From the IMG/VR virus record IMGVR_UViG_3300032322_001781: a stretch of DNA of 64,000 nucleotides. One strand, written 5' to 3'. Of this stretch, positions 18,620 through 28,271 are shown one piece after another. The DNA is from a virus (lineage: Duplodnaviria > Heunggongvirae > Uroviricota > Caudoviricetes). The notes below the pieces were generated by a model. The model had not been told where the DNA came from and did not search any database. It saw only the letters and a program-made list of their open reading frames with translations. How positions within the stretch are numbered: the first letter of the stretch is position 1; each line of letters starts with the position of its first letter. Position numbers and translations under genes: made by a program.

Positions 18620-21108
18620 TGAGTACCCCAGAAAAAGGATATAATATAAATCAAACCTTCATAATTGAAACAAATGAAGATGGTGGTGTATTGAGTGCTT
18701 GTACCGCTTTATTTACTACAAACATATACTCATGTTCTGGTAATACTCAAATTTTAATGGGTAATACTTCTATAAATATGGTTGGTGATGTGTTTGTTAA
18801 TGGTGATTTAAGCGCCACAACAATATCAGCTACTACATATTATGGAGATGGTAGCAACTTAACTGGGATAACAACTAAAGATACATTTGTAACAGGTGGA
18901 ACTTATAATAACGGTACCGCTGTATTTAAAAACAATACTGGTGGAACGTTCAGTGTAAGTGGATTTAGTACTGGTTATACACTTACTTCATCAGCAATAA
19001 CTAGTACTTTAGGTTATGTACCTTTATCTTCATACACTGATACATTTGTAACAGGTGGAACTTATTCTAACGAAATAATTATATTTACAAACAATACGGG
19101 TGGAACGTTCAGTGTAAGTGGATTTAGTACTAGCAATACAACAGAATTTACTGGTGGGAGTGTATCTGGTAAAACTGTTTTTACAAATGGTTTAACTGCT
19201 AATACAATATCGGCAACAACTTATCAGAATTTACCTTTAGATATACATGTAACAGGTTTTAGTTTTAATAATGGCAATTACAATATAACTATCAATCAAA
19301 ACGATGGTACTAGCTATACACAAAACTTATCAATATTAGCTACCGATGTCAATATAACTGGGGGAACTTATAATCCTGTTACTGGTGTTGCTACGTTTAT
19401 AAATAATACAGGAGGTACATTTAATGTTTCTGGTTTTTTAACTGGTTATACTGACACAACTATAAGTGCGTTTACGTATAACAATGCTAACACATTTAAA
19501 ATTGATTCGAATAATGGCGATTCTTTTTCAGCAACCATAGACTATGTAACTGGACTTACAGCAAATACATTGTCGGCAACAACATATTTAGGTTTGCCTC
19601 TTGATATTAGAGTAACTGGTGCAACTTATAGTAATAATACATTTACATTTAGTAATAATACTGGAGGTACATTTAACGTATTGTTTAACACGGTAAGTGG
19701 TTTAACAGCTACAACAATATCCGCAACCACTTATCAAAATTTACCAACAGATGTTAGGGTAACAGGTGGAACTTATTCTAATGGTACCGCAATATTTACA
19801 AACAACACAGGTGGTACATTCAGCGTTAGTGGGTTTAGTACTGGTTCTGGTTCTGGTTCTGATATATTTGTTACAGGAGCAACTTATAATAATGCAAATC
19901 AATTTACATTTACTAATAATACTGGAGGTACATTCAATGTTTCGTTTAACACGGTAAGTGGTTTAACTGCTAATACAATATCGGCAACAACTTATCAAAA
20001 TCTACCAACAGATGTTTTTGTAACTGGAGGTACTTATAGTAGCGGTACCGCAATATTTACAAACAATACAGGAGGTACATTCAGCGTTAGTGGATTTTCG
20101 TCATCATCTTCTAATTCTTCATTTACTGGTGGAACTGTATCTGGTTCTACTAACTTCACAAATGGTTTAAGTGCAACAACAATATCAGCAACAACATATC
20201 AGAATTTACCAATTGATATTAGGGTGACTGGTGGTACTTATTCAAACGGTACTGCTACATTTAGAAATAATACAGGTGGCACATTTAGTGTTAGTGGTTT
20301 TAGTACTGGTTCTAGCTCATCTATTGTTGTTGGAAGCACAGTAATAAGTAGTGGTACCACAGGTAGAATACCTTTTAATAATTCAAGTGTTTACGGAGAA
20401 TCGGCAAATCTATTTTGGGATAATACAAATGGTAGATTAGGTCTTGGAGGTATTGCACCTAATTATAATTTTAGTATTATGAGAAATGCACCAAATACAT
20501 TTGTTGGTATGCAAATTTCAAATAATTCCAGCGGAACTGCCAATTCTGATGGTTTACTAATTGGTATTGGGTCTGATAATAATGCAAGGGTTGAAACTCA
20601 AGATGCCAATAGTATAATCATAAGTTCTAATTCTACTGGAAAATTACAAGTAGGAACTACTGGTACTCAGTTTTTTGGAACTTTAACAAATACATCTCCT
20701 AATACAGGTGCAATTTTTCAAATTAACGGAAATTCAAGTACGTCTGGATTAGGTTTTTTCCAACTTAGAAATAATGGAGGAACACCTGTATTGTGTGCTA
20801 ATGAAAATGGTAAAGTCTCAATTAATCTAGGTTCAGTTGGAACTGCACAATTTCATATTGGTGCTGGGTCTATGGCAGCTAATACAGCGCCTATTAAAAT
20901 AAATTCTGGACCTTTGATGGCAACACCAGAATCTGGCACCATTGAGTATAACAACACTTTCCACGTTACTAACTCTGATTCGACAAGAAGACATATTGTA
21001 ACAGCACCTAATACGACTAAGGTAACAGCTGGTGCACCTTATACCAATGATGGTTATATTATCGTCAATATAGGCGGAACAGACTTTAAGTTAATGACAA
21101 CAGCATAA
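18619..21108 (+). CDS. Long repetitive fibre protein (TGGTY/TNNTGGTF/TISATTY repeats)
   Basis: Many imperfect repeats such as VTGGTYSNGTAIFTNNTGGTFSVSGF; C-terminal LFWDNTNGRLGLG fibre motif. Confidence 0.7.
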   Translation: MSTPEKGYNINQTFIIETNEDGGVLSACTALFTTNIYSCSGNTQILMGNTSINMVGDVFVNGDLSATTISATTYYGDGSNLTGITTKDTFVTGGTYNNGTAVFKNNTGGTFSVSGFSTGYTLTSSAITSTLGYVPLSSYTDTFVTGGTYSNEIIIFTNNTGGTFSVSGFSTSNTTEFTGGSVSGKTVFTNGLTANTISATTYQNLPLDIHVTGFSFNNGNYNITINQNDGTSYTQNLSILATDVNITGGTYNPVTGVATFINNTGGTFNVSGFLTGYTDTTISAFTYNNANTFKIDSNNGDSFSATIDYVTGLTANTLSATTYLGLPLDIRVTGATYSNNTFTFSNNTGGTFNVLFNTVSGLTATTISATTYQNLPTDVRVTGGTYSNGTAIFTNNTGGTFSVSGFSTGSGSGSDIFVTGATYNNANQFTFTNNTGGTFNVSFNTVSGLTANTISATTYQNLPTDVFVTGGTYSSGTAIFTNNTGGTFSVSGFSSSSSNSSFTGGTVSGSTNFTNGLSATTISATTYQNLPIDIRVTGGTYSNGTATFRNNTGGTFSVSGFSTGSSSSIVVGSTVISSGTTGRIPFNNSSVYGESANLFWDNTNGRLGLGGIAPNYNFSIMRNAPNTFVGMQISNNSSGTANSDGLLIGIGSDNNARVETQDANSIIISSNSTGKLQVGTTGTQFFGTLTNTSPNTGAIFQINGNSSTSGLGFFQLRNNGGTPVLCANENGKVSINLGSVGTAQFHIGAGSMAANTAPIKINSGPLMATPESGTIEYNNTFHVTNSDSTRRHIVTAPNTTKVTAGAPYTNDGYIIVNIGGTDFKLMTTA
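18880..20310 (+). repeat. Imperfect coding tandem repeats, partly identical to segments of other fibre genes
   Basis: 19847-19910 is identical to 3624-3687 (64 bp); 20011-20048 is identical to 3533-3570 (38 bp). Confidence 0.9.
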
Positions 21109-21131
21109 TATTTTTTATAAAAAACAAACAA

Positions 21132-21386
21132 ATGATAATAACACCAACAAATGTAACAGTAATTGAAGCCGTCACAACAAATAAATTTCAATTAGATTTT
21201 ATTAATGACAGTCCAAAAGACAAAACAATTATTGCACAAGTATACCCTTTGGATTCAGTTAATGAATCTGTAATCCAAGGTCAAGTTAGATTTTTAACAC
21301 TTTGGGAAGGACAAGAATATGACAATATTGGCAATTGGACGCAGCAACAAGCTAATGATAGAATTATTGAATTGTTGACTGATTAA
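21132..21386 (+). CDS. Putative fibre chaperone/tip protein (paralogue of 7795..8073)
   Basis: LTLWEGQEYDNIGNWT motif. Confidence 0.55.
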   Translation: MIITPTNVTVIEAVTTNKFQLDFINDSPKDKTIIAQVYPLDSVNESVIQGQVRFLTLWEGQEYDNIGNWTQQQANDRIIELLTD

Positions 21387-21535
21387 TCTTCACCATATAA
21401 ATCTTTTTTAGGTAAACATTTTTCTTTGATTAGCTTCTCAACAAATGAAAACATTTTTAAACCATTAGCTTCACAATACTTTTTTAAAAGTTCGTGTGTT
21501 TTTGTGGTTATTTTAATATTTTTGTCTCTATTCAT
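21383..21535 (-). CDS. Ribbon-helix-helix DNA-binding protein, 50 aa (absent from the ORF track)
   Basis: Hand translation: MNRDKNIKITTKTHELLKKYCEANGLKMFSFVEKLIKEKCLPKKDLYGED*; beta strand KNIKI, helix, G turn, helix. Confidence 0.75.
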   Translation of the reverse strand: MNRDKNIKITTKTHELLKKYCEANGLKMFSFVEKLIKEKCLPKKDLYGED

Positions 21536-21550
21536 AATTATATTTTAATA

Positions 21551-21581
21551 AGTATGATAAAAGTATGAAAAAAATCATACT
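21551..21581. promoter_or_regulatory. Putative RHH operator: AGTATGA x2 plus inverted TCATACT
   Basis: AGTATGA at 21551-21557 and 21562-21568; TCATACT at 21575-21581. Confidence 0.55.
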
Positions 21582-21628
21582 AAAAGAAATATATCTTTTA
21601 ATGTGGGATTCTTTTTGAATAAAACATA

Positions 21629-21637
21629 ATATTTATT
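21629..21637 (+). promoter_or_regulatory. ATATTTATT motif upstream of the tail sheath
   Basis: Recurrent motif, 40 nt before ATG 21678. Confidence 0.55.
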
Positions 21638-21677
21638 AAAAACAAAAATATAAAGTTAATATTAAAAAGAAAAAAAT

Positions 21678-24527
21678 ATGGCAACACAAGTATTCGTTAG
21701 TCCAGGTGTTTATACCTCAGAAAGAGACCTAACCTTCATTACACGTCAAGTAGGTGTAACAACTTTAGGTTTGGTTGGTGAGACAACAATCGGACCAGCT
21801 TTCCAACCAATTTTCATAAGTAATTATGGTGAATTTCAATCTTTCTTTGGAGGTTTAAACGCTACCAAAGTGAAAGACAATGGCTTTCCACAATATGAAT
21901 TACCTTATATTGCTAAATCATACCTATCACAATCAAACCAACTATTTGTTACTAGAGTATTAGGTTTTTCTGGTTATGATGCTGGTTTGGCTTGGGGTAT
22001 CACTCTGGATGGCGCTTTGGACCCAGCTACTTCAGGTATAACTAATAGCGGTACATCTTATTCACCTTTTATTAGATTCTCAGCAACTTCAGCTGGTACT
22101 GTTACTAGTTTGGTATCTTCTGACCCATTTGTACAGACATTAATAAACCAAGGACTTTTAACTCCTAATTTGGCTTTTTTAGGTACTGCTGGTACAGGTA
22201 CTACTGCTAATATCGGACCTGTTTATAATAAAGTAGGTTCTACGTTTAGTGGTGCATCATTCAATATTTATGTTAATGCTACTAGTTATACTGGTGCTGG
22301 TATGACAACTTCAGTTACTGGTACAACTACTGGTGTAACTGTTTACTATTCTGGTAGTGCTTATTCAGATGTAGAGAATCAATTGGTGGCTTTGTTGCGT
22401 TCTAGGGCTTCTATAAATGTATCAAATCAACTTCCATCATTTGAAGTAACTGGAGCTACTGGTGTTATATTTAACCCAGCTTATTCTTCTTCAACTACAA
22501 ACCCACTTGGTGTATTTTCTTTAAGTGGTAACTCTACCACACAAGGTTTGTTTAATTACCAAGTATCTTTAGATAGAACACAAACAAATTATTTACCAAG
22601 AGTTTTAGGTAGAACAGCTCAAGATGGTAATACTGCTCTTTATGTTGAGGAATTTTTCCCAAATATGTTCAGAACACTTAACGCTGATGGTAAAATTAGA
22701 GGTATAAAACAAACAGTAACAAATTATAGCAATACTTTTTCTGATTATTTACGTGAGTATAGTCCAGCTGTAACTCCTTATGTTGTATCAGAATTGCGTG
22801 GTAATAAAGTATTAAGATTATTTAGATTATGGACTATTTCTGACGGTAACGCTGCAAATGAGCAATTTAAGATATCTATAACAAACATCAAACCAGATAC
22901 AAAAGAATTTGATGTAAGGGTTAGAGGTTTTTATGATACTGACGCTGCTCCTGTTATTCTTGAGTCATTTAGTCGTTGTACAATGGACCCGACTTCAGCA
23001 AATTATATTGCTAGAAGAATAGGTAGCTTGGATGGCGAATACATATCTAGGTCTTCTTACATTCTTGTTGAAGTTGATGATACTTCAGATACTAGTGACG
23101 CATTCCCAGCTGGTTTTATTGGTTTCCCAATTCGTGATTACCAATCAAATAGTAATTCGACTGTTATTAATCCAGATATAATGTATAAAACAGCTTATGG
23201 TGTGTTTGAAAATAAACGTAAATATTATTTAGGTTTATCAGAAACTGTAGGTATTGATGCTGACTTCTTTGATTACAAAGGTGTTCCAACTACTAACAAC
23301 CCAGACATGTGGACTGGTCTAACAAATGGGTTCCATATGGATATTGATGCTACTGGTGTTACAATTGACAACGTTTTTGTTGTCATAAACTCAAGTGGTG
23401 GTACTTATAGTCCTGTGTTCTTGTTTGATGTTGGTGCTGCTGAGTTTAGAACTGAAGCTGGGTTAAATGGAGGCCCATATGAAAAAATTTACGCACGTAA
23501 GTTTACAATGGTTCCTTACGGTGGTTTTGATGGATGGGACGTTTATAGAACAAGAAGAAGCAACACTGATAGATTTACTATCAACGGTACATATGGTGCT
23601 GCTGGTTTAACTAGTGGTGCGTTTCAAAACAGAACACTTTCAAACGGTGACTTGGGTATCAATTCAGATTACTACGCTTACTTAGAAGCCATATGGACAT
23701 TTAGAAATCCAGAAGCTGTTAATATTAATGTGTTTGCAACGCCAGGTATCGATGCCTTTGACAACACGAATTTGATTGAAGAATCAATCGAAATGATTGA
23801 AACAGAAAGAGCTGACTCGTTGTATGTCTTAACAACACCAGATTACTATAATGGTTCTATCTTGAGTGTTGAGGAAGTGGTTGATTACATGGATGGTATG
23901 TATGATAGCAACTATTCTTGTACATATTGGCCATGGGTTCAAATAACTGACACTGAAAACAATGTGTTGATGTGGGTTCCACCTACAAGAGACGTTGTAA
24001 GAAACATTGCTTTGACAGATAACATCGCATTCCCATGGTTTGCAGTTGCTGGTATCCAAAGAGGTGATGTTGACGCTATTCAAGCTCGTAAAAAACTTAC
24101 ACAGTCTGATAGAGATAATCTTTATGAAAATAGAATTAACCCAATTGCTACCTTTACTTCTGATGGTATCAAGATTTGGGGTAACAAAACTCTTCAAGTT
24201 AAAGAAACTGCTCTTAACAGAATCAACGTTAGAAGGTTGTTGTTGCAAGCTAGAAAACTTATCTCTGCTGTTTCTATCAGACTTCTATTTGAACAAAATG
24301 ATTCGGTTGTAAGAAACCAATTCTTGTCACTTGTTAACCCAATATTGGATAACATTAGAAGTGAAAGAGGTTTGACTGACTTCCGTGTTGTTCTATCAAA
24401 CGACCCAGAAGATATAGACAGAAATCAATTAACTGGTCAAATCTTCTTAAAACCAACAAGAAGCCTTGAATTCATTCAAATTGAGTTTGTTATAATGAAT
24501 ACTGGTGCTTCATTTGATAACATCTAA
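21678..24527 (+). CDS. Contractile tail sheath protein
   Basis: FVSPGVYTSERD, GLVGETTIGPAF, YWPWV, PWFAVAG..RG, LYENRINPI, WGNKTLQ, RINVRRLL, LFEQND, IFLKPTRSLEFIQIEF. Confidence 0.97.
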   Translation: MATQVFVSPGVYTSERDLTFITRQVGVTTLGLVGETTIGPAFQPIFISNYGEFQSFFGGLNATKVKDNGFPQYELPYIAKSYLSQSNQLFVTRVLGFSGYDAGLAWGITLDGALDPATSGITNSGTSYSPFIRFSATSAGTVTSLVSSDPFVQTLINQGLLTPNLAFLGTAGTGTTANIGPVYNKVGSTFSGASFNIYVNATSYTGAGMTTSVTGTTTGVTVYYSGSAYSDVENQLVALLRSRASINVSNQLPSFEVTGATGVIFNPAYSSSTTNPLGVFSLSGNSTTQGLFNYQVSLDRTQTNYLPRVLGRTAQDGNTALYVEEFFPNMFRTLNADGKIRGIKQTVTNYSNTFSDYLREYSPAVTPYVVSELRGNKVLRLFRLWTISDGNAANEQFKISITNIKPDTKEFDVRVRGFYDTDAAPVILESFSRCTMDPTSANYIARRIGSLDGEYISRSSYILVEVDDTSDTSDAFPAGFIGFPIRDYQSNSNSTVINPDIMYKTAYGVFENKRKYYLGLSETVGIDADFFDYKGVPTTNNPDMWTGLTNGFHMDIDATGVTIDNVFVVINSSGGTYSPVFLFDVGAAEFRTEAGLNGGPYEKIYARKFTMVPYGGFDGWDVYRTRRSNTDRFTINGTYGAAGLTSGAFQNRTLSNGDLGINSDYYAYLEAIWTFRNPEAVNINVFATPGIDAFDNTNLIEESIEMIETERADSLYVLTTPDYYNGSILSVEEVVDYMDGMYDSNYSCTYWPWVQITDTENNVLMWVPPTRDVVRNIALTDNIAFPWFAVAGIQRGDVDAIQARKKLTQSDRDNLYENRINPIATFTSDGIKIWGNKTLQVKETALNRINVRRLLLQARKLISAVSIRLLFEQNDSVVRNQFLSLVNPILDNIRSERGLTDFRVVLSNDPEDIDRNQLTGQIFLKPTRSLEFIQIEFVIMNTGASFDNI

Positions 24528-24546
24528 TAATAAACAAAAACAAAAT

Positions 24547-24574
24547 AAAACCTCTATTTATTAGGGGTTTTTTT
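24547..24574 (+). terminator. Intrinsic terminator after the sheath gene
   Basis: AAAACCTCTA-TTTAT-TAGGGGTTTT followed by a T tract. Confidence 0.75.
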
Positions 24575-24610
24575 GTTTTATATTGATATTTATAAAGAAA
24601 AAAAAAAACC

Positions 24611-27148
24611 ATGACAAAGAAAATAATTTTAAATGAGCAACAACATCTTGTTATTGTTAATCAAATATTTAAAGAAACACTAGATAATATAAATAAAATT
24701 GAGTCTGAGGGTAATTTAAACGAAGGTTTAATGGATACCATTAAATACGGTTTGTCCAAATTAGGTCGTTACAAAGCTGGTGGTCAAATATTTGGTAAAG
24801 GAAAAGTTGACCAAGAGGCTGCTAGAAAAATACAACAAATTATTGACAAACAAGGTAATGAAGTTATTAAACAATTGGATGCTACTATTAGAGAAGAAAA
24901 TCCAGAATTCCCTAATAACGAAGACCCTCAAAAATTTTTATCTACTGTGATGAGCATTGCCGCAGTATATGATTCATTGGTTTCGTCTGCAAGTAAAAAC
25001 CCAAACGAAGAAGGGTATCTTCCTGTTGACGTTGCTAATGGTGTTATAAACGATTTAAGAGAATATGTTAAGAAATTTTTGGATGTTGATTTGGCGGCTG
25101 TGTATTCAACAGTAAATGAACTTGCTGATAGAATTTCTGGAGAGGGTTTTATGAACGAAGAATATGAATTGACTGATGAACAGATGTGTGGAATAGATGA
25201 AAAATTTGGTTTAAATGAACAAGACCCCTTGGATGCTGGTGATGTAAGACAACAATTAAAAGCTAAAAGAGGAGAAGATAGCAAAGATTTTGCTAGCACT
25301 AGAATGGATACTCTTAAGTCTAATAAATTACCACTAACATTAGCTGGTATTGGTTCAGCTTTAGGTGGTTTTTCTTGGCTTGTTAATACCGATTGGTTTA
25401 GAAGTTTATTTGAAGAGATAACACAAAATCCTTCAATTGAGTATGTAAAGGAACTAGTTGAAAAGAAATCAGATGTGTTTGGGTCAATCAAACCTGGTGA
25501 AGGTATGACACAAATAATGAATAGATTAAACGGATTAAATTTAAACCCAAATTCATCACCACAAGATTTCTTAGATGGTGTTAAACAATTGGGTGGTGGT
25601 GATTTGCAAGCTGGTATTGATGCTTTGAGTGCTGATGGTGGTATATTTAAAAACCCACAAGGTGCTAAACAGGCTTTAGAAGCAATTGCTCAAAATCCAA
25701 ATGCTTATGGTGATAATTTGGGTCAAATGTTTCAAGGTAATTTAGCTGGAACAGGAAAACAAGTTGGTGACTTATTGGTTACTCAAACTGGAGGTGGTTT
25801 AAAGAGTTTGGTTGTTAATTCAATTGTACAAATGGTACCTAAATTAGTTATGAAAGCTGGTATCAAAGTTGGTGCTGGTTATGCAGTTGCAAAAGGTTTA
25901 GGAGCTGCTTTGGGTCCAATAGGTATTGGTTTGGTTGCCGCTGGTGCCTTGGTTAAACTTATGAGAATGAAAGGTCAAAAATCTTCTAGAGCCGCTACTC
26001 TTAATTCTTTGTATCAATCAATTAGAAACATTGAAGGTGGTGTCGGTGTTATTGAACCAGAAGGTGAGGTTATTGATGTTAAAACAGCTAAAGACACAGC
26101 AGCAATTGAAGATAAAAATAAACAAAGTTCTGATGATGTTGGTTCTGGTGGTTCTGTTGGTTCTGTTGGTTCTGGTGGTAATGTTCAAGACAATCTATAT
26201 AACAGTCTTAAAAACTTGTTTAAATTTGTTGTTAATAATAGAGACACATTAGGTGCTGGTGCTAAAAGTAGTTCTTTCAGAGATAATGTAGGTTCTAGGG
26301 ATAATTTTTTTAGCGGTGGTCAACAAGTCGCTGGTTCAGCTGCTTCTAATTTTAAGGCTGGGGACCAAGTAACTTGGACAACTAAAAAAGGAGCTACAGC
26401 TAGCGGAACAGTAGTTGGTCCTAGCAATAAGCCTAACATGACAACTGTAAAATCTAATACAACTGGTATTTCATTTGATATTAGGGATAGTCTTCTAAAA
26501 ACAAATTTACAAGAAGGTAAATATATAAAAGATAAAAGACTTATACAATACTTGAAAAAATCAATGGCTTTTGATAAGGTTAAAAACTTTGAAGACTTGA
26601 TAAATAGGGTAGAATACATCAGAAATTTAGTTAAAAAATTAAAAGGCAAAACTGATGATAAAGTTATATTGGGTTTTTTAAAACAATTAGACAGCAATCC
26701 TATTATGTTAACAGATTTTAGTAAATTGTTTACTGTTAACATTGATAACCCACAAGAAGTAAACATGTTAGCTGGAATGATGAAAGAAATTTTATCAACT
26801 GTTTACTCTGGTAGTTATAAAGGTGGTAATATGATTGATAAGATGGCCAAACTAGGTGGTGGAAACATAAACAAATTGGAAGAAGAAGCTGGTTATAATG
26901 CTTCAGAGCCTAACAAATCATTTTTAAAAGATGCTCAAAGTAAAACAACATTTAAAAAGAATCTAAGTAATTTCTTAAGTGTTGCCATATCTTTATTTCA
27001 ATATTTGCATAAACAAAAACAACAAGCTGCTTCTGTAAAACCAAAACAAACACAATCATCAGATGCTGAATCAACACAAGTTGATGAGGTGATTAATCCT
27101 TTGATTTCTGAAGAATTAAAAAGAATTAAAAAAATCATGTTCGGCTAA
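24611..27148 (+). CDS. Large hypothetical protein, putative capsid-internal/ejected protein with hydrophobic helices
   Basis: Repeated LNE/LQE/LEE/ISE sites; two Gly/Ala-rich hydrophobic segments; KOW/Tudor-like FKAGDQVTW; ATATTTATA at 24586-24594. Confidence 0.55.
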   Translation: MTKKIILNEQQHLVIVNQIFKETLDNINKIESEGNLNEGLMDTIKYGLSKLGRYKAGGQIFGKGKVDQEAARKIQQIIDKQGNEVIKQLDATIREENPEFPNNEDPQKFLSTVMSIAAVYDSLVSSASKNPNEEGYLPVDVANGVINDLREYVKKFLDVDLAAVYSTVNELADRISGEGFMNEEYELTDEQMCGIDEKFGLNEQDPLDAGDVRQQLKAKRGEDSKDFASTRMDTLKSNKLPLTLAGIGSALGGFSWLVNTDWFRSLFEEITQNPSIEYVKELVEKKSDVFGSIKPGEGMTQIMNRLNGLNLNPNSSPQDFLDGVKQLGGGDLQAGIDALSADGGIFKNPQGAKQALEAIAQNPNAYGDNLGQMFQGNLAGTGKQVGDLLVTQTGGGLKSLVVNSIVQMVPKLVMKAGIKVGAGYAVAKGLGAALGPIGIGLVAAGALVKLMRMKGQKSSRAATLNSLYQSIRNIEGGVGVIEPEGEVIDVKTAKDTAAIEDKNKQSSDDVGSGGSVGSVGSGGNVQDNLYNSLKNLFKFVVNNRDTLGAGAKSSSFRDNVGSRDNFFSGGQQVAGSAASNFKAGDQVTWTTKKGATASGTVVGPSNKPNMTTVKSNTTGISFDIRDSLLKTNLQEGKYIKDKRLIQYLKKSMAFDKVKNFEDLINRVEYIRNLVKKLKGKTDDKVILGFLKQLDSNPIMLTDFSKLFTVNIDNPQEVNMLAGMMKEILSTVYSGSYKGGNMIDKMAKLGGGNINKLEEEAGYNASEPNKSFLKDAQSKTTFKKNLSNFLSVAISLFQYLHKQKQQAASVKPKQTQSSDAESTQVDEVINPLISEELKRIKKIMFG

Positions 27149-27149
27149 T

Positions 27150-28271
27150 ATGAAAAGGCTAAAAATTACACATAAACAATATGAAACAGTGCTTTTAAAC
27201 GAACAAAAAAATCGTTTAGGTAATGACTTTGAATCTAAAGAAGTTTTAGAAGAAGGGTTTAAAGAAGTATTGTTAGGTGTAGCTATGCTTATGGGTGTTG
27301 GGTTGACTGGTTTAAATAAGGCTAATGCTCAAAATGCATTATCCAATTCGAAAATAATGAACCAAATAAAATCAACATTGGAGGATGAACAAAAGACAAA
27401 GGAATTGGCTCAAGCCTTTTCTGAAAAAGGTATAAGCAATCCAGATTCTTTATTGGCAAAAAACGCAGAAAAAATTGTTGATGATTTTAATGAAATCGCT
27501 AAAAACAAAAATATTTCTTATAGGGTTGATAATGTCGTTGTTAATAATTTAAAAAAATTAAGTGGTAAACTTGAAAAAGGTTATGCTCTTAAAAAGAGTG
27601 ATATTTCAACAGATACAATAAGAGGTGTTGAACAAAAAATAAACATAGTAGTTATTGATACAGTTGATATTGAATTGGATAATGATAATTTTTTTGAATC
27701 TGGTAGTTACAATTTTAATGAAAATAGTTTAAATACTTTAAATTCGACAATAGATACAATAAAGTTAAATGGTGGTAAAATATTGTCAGCTTATATAGAA
27801 TCTTCAACAGATGCTGAAGCTACAAAAAACAAAGAAAATAAAACACAATACGATGAAACTGGTAATATTAAATTAGCTGAACTTAGGACAAAAATGATGA
27901 CTAAAATGATAAATGATATAGATTCTGACATAATAATAACCCATAGAGAAATTCCTAATAATGGTTCTGATATTGTAAGTACAAAACAATTTTATGATGC
28001 TAGGTCTGACAAGGAAGAAATTAAACGTTTAAGAAATTTAACATCTAAATTTAGATATGTTAATGTATCTCTTATAGTCGAGTTTAGTCAAGAAGTTAGT
28101 GAAACAGTAAAACCAGAGGAAATTGTTGAAAAATATAGGTTTGAGTTAACCAAAATTATTAAAACAAACGCAAAAAAGTTTAAACAAACAAAAAAAACAT
28201 TCAAAAAAAGAAAATTAAAATGCAATGTTAAAAAAGGTAGGTTTGGTGATGTTAGATGTACTACTTTTTAA
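27150..28271 (+). CDS. Protein with internal signal-peptide-like segment and OmpA-like C-terminal domain
   Basis: VLLGVAMLMGVGLTGLNKANAQ at aa 40-61; FFESGSY...IESSTD...NIKLAELR OmpA-like pattern. Confidence 0.55.
   Translation: MKRLKITHKQYETVLLNEQKNRLGNDFESKEVLEEGFKEVLLGVAMLMGVGLTGLNKANAQNALSNSKIMNQIKSTLEDEQKTKELAQAFSEKGISNPDSLLAKNAEKIVDDFNEIAKNKNISYRVDNVVVNNLKKLSGKLEKGYALKKSDISTDTIRGVEQKINIVVIDTVDIELDNDNFFESGSYNFNENSLNTLNSTIDTIKLNGGKILSAYIESSTDAEATKNKENKTQYDETGNIKLAELRTKMMTKMINDIDSDIIITHREIPNNGSDIVSTKQFYDARSDKEEIKRLRNLTSKFRYVNVSLIVEFSQEVSETVKPEEIVEKYRFELTKIIKTNAKKFKQTKKTFKKRKLKCNVKKGRFGDVRCTTF

Noticed and set aside
18880-20310. Repeats considered as a CRISPR array or a DGR template/variable pair
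   Set aside because: In-frame degenerate coding repeats without unique spacers; differences are not adenine-specific; no Cas gene or reverse transcriptase in the window
26138-26179. 9-bp repeats encoding VGSGGSVGSVGSGG
   Set aside because: Ordinary flexible-linker microsatellite
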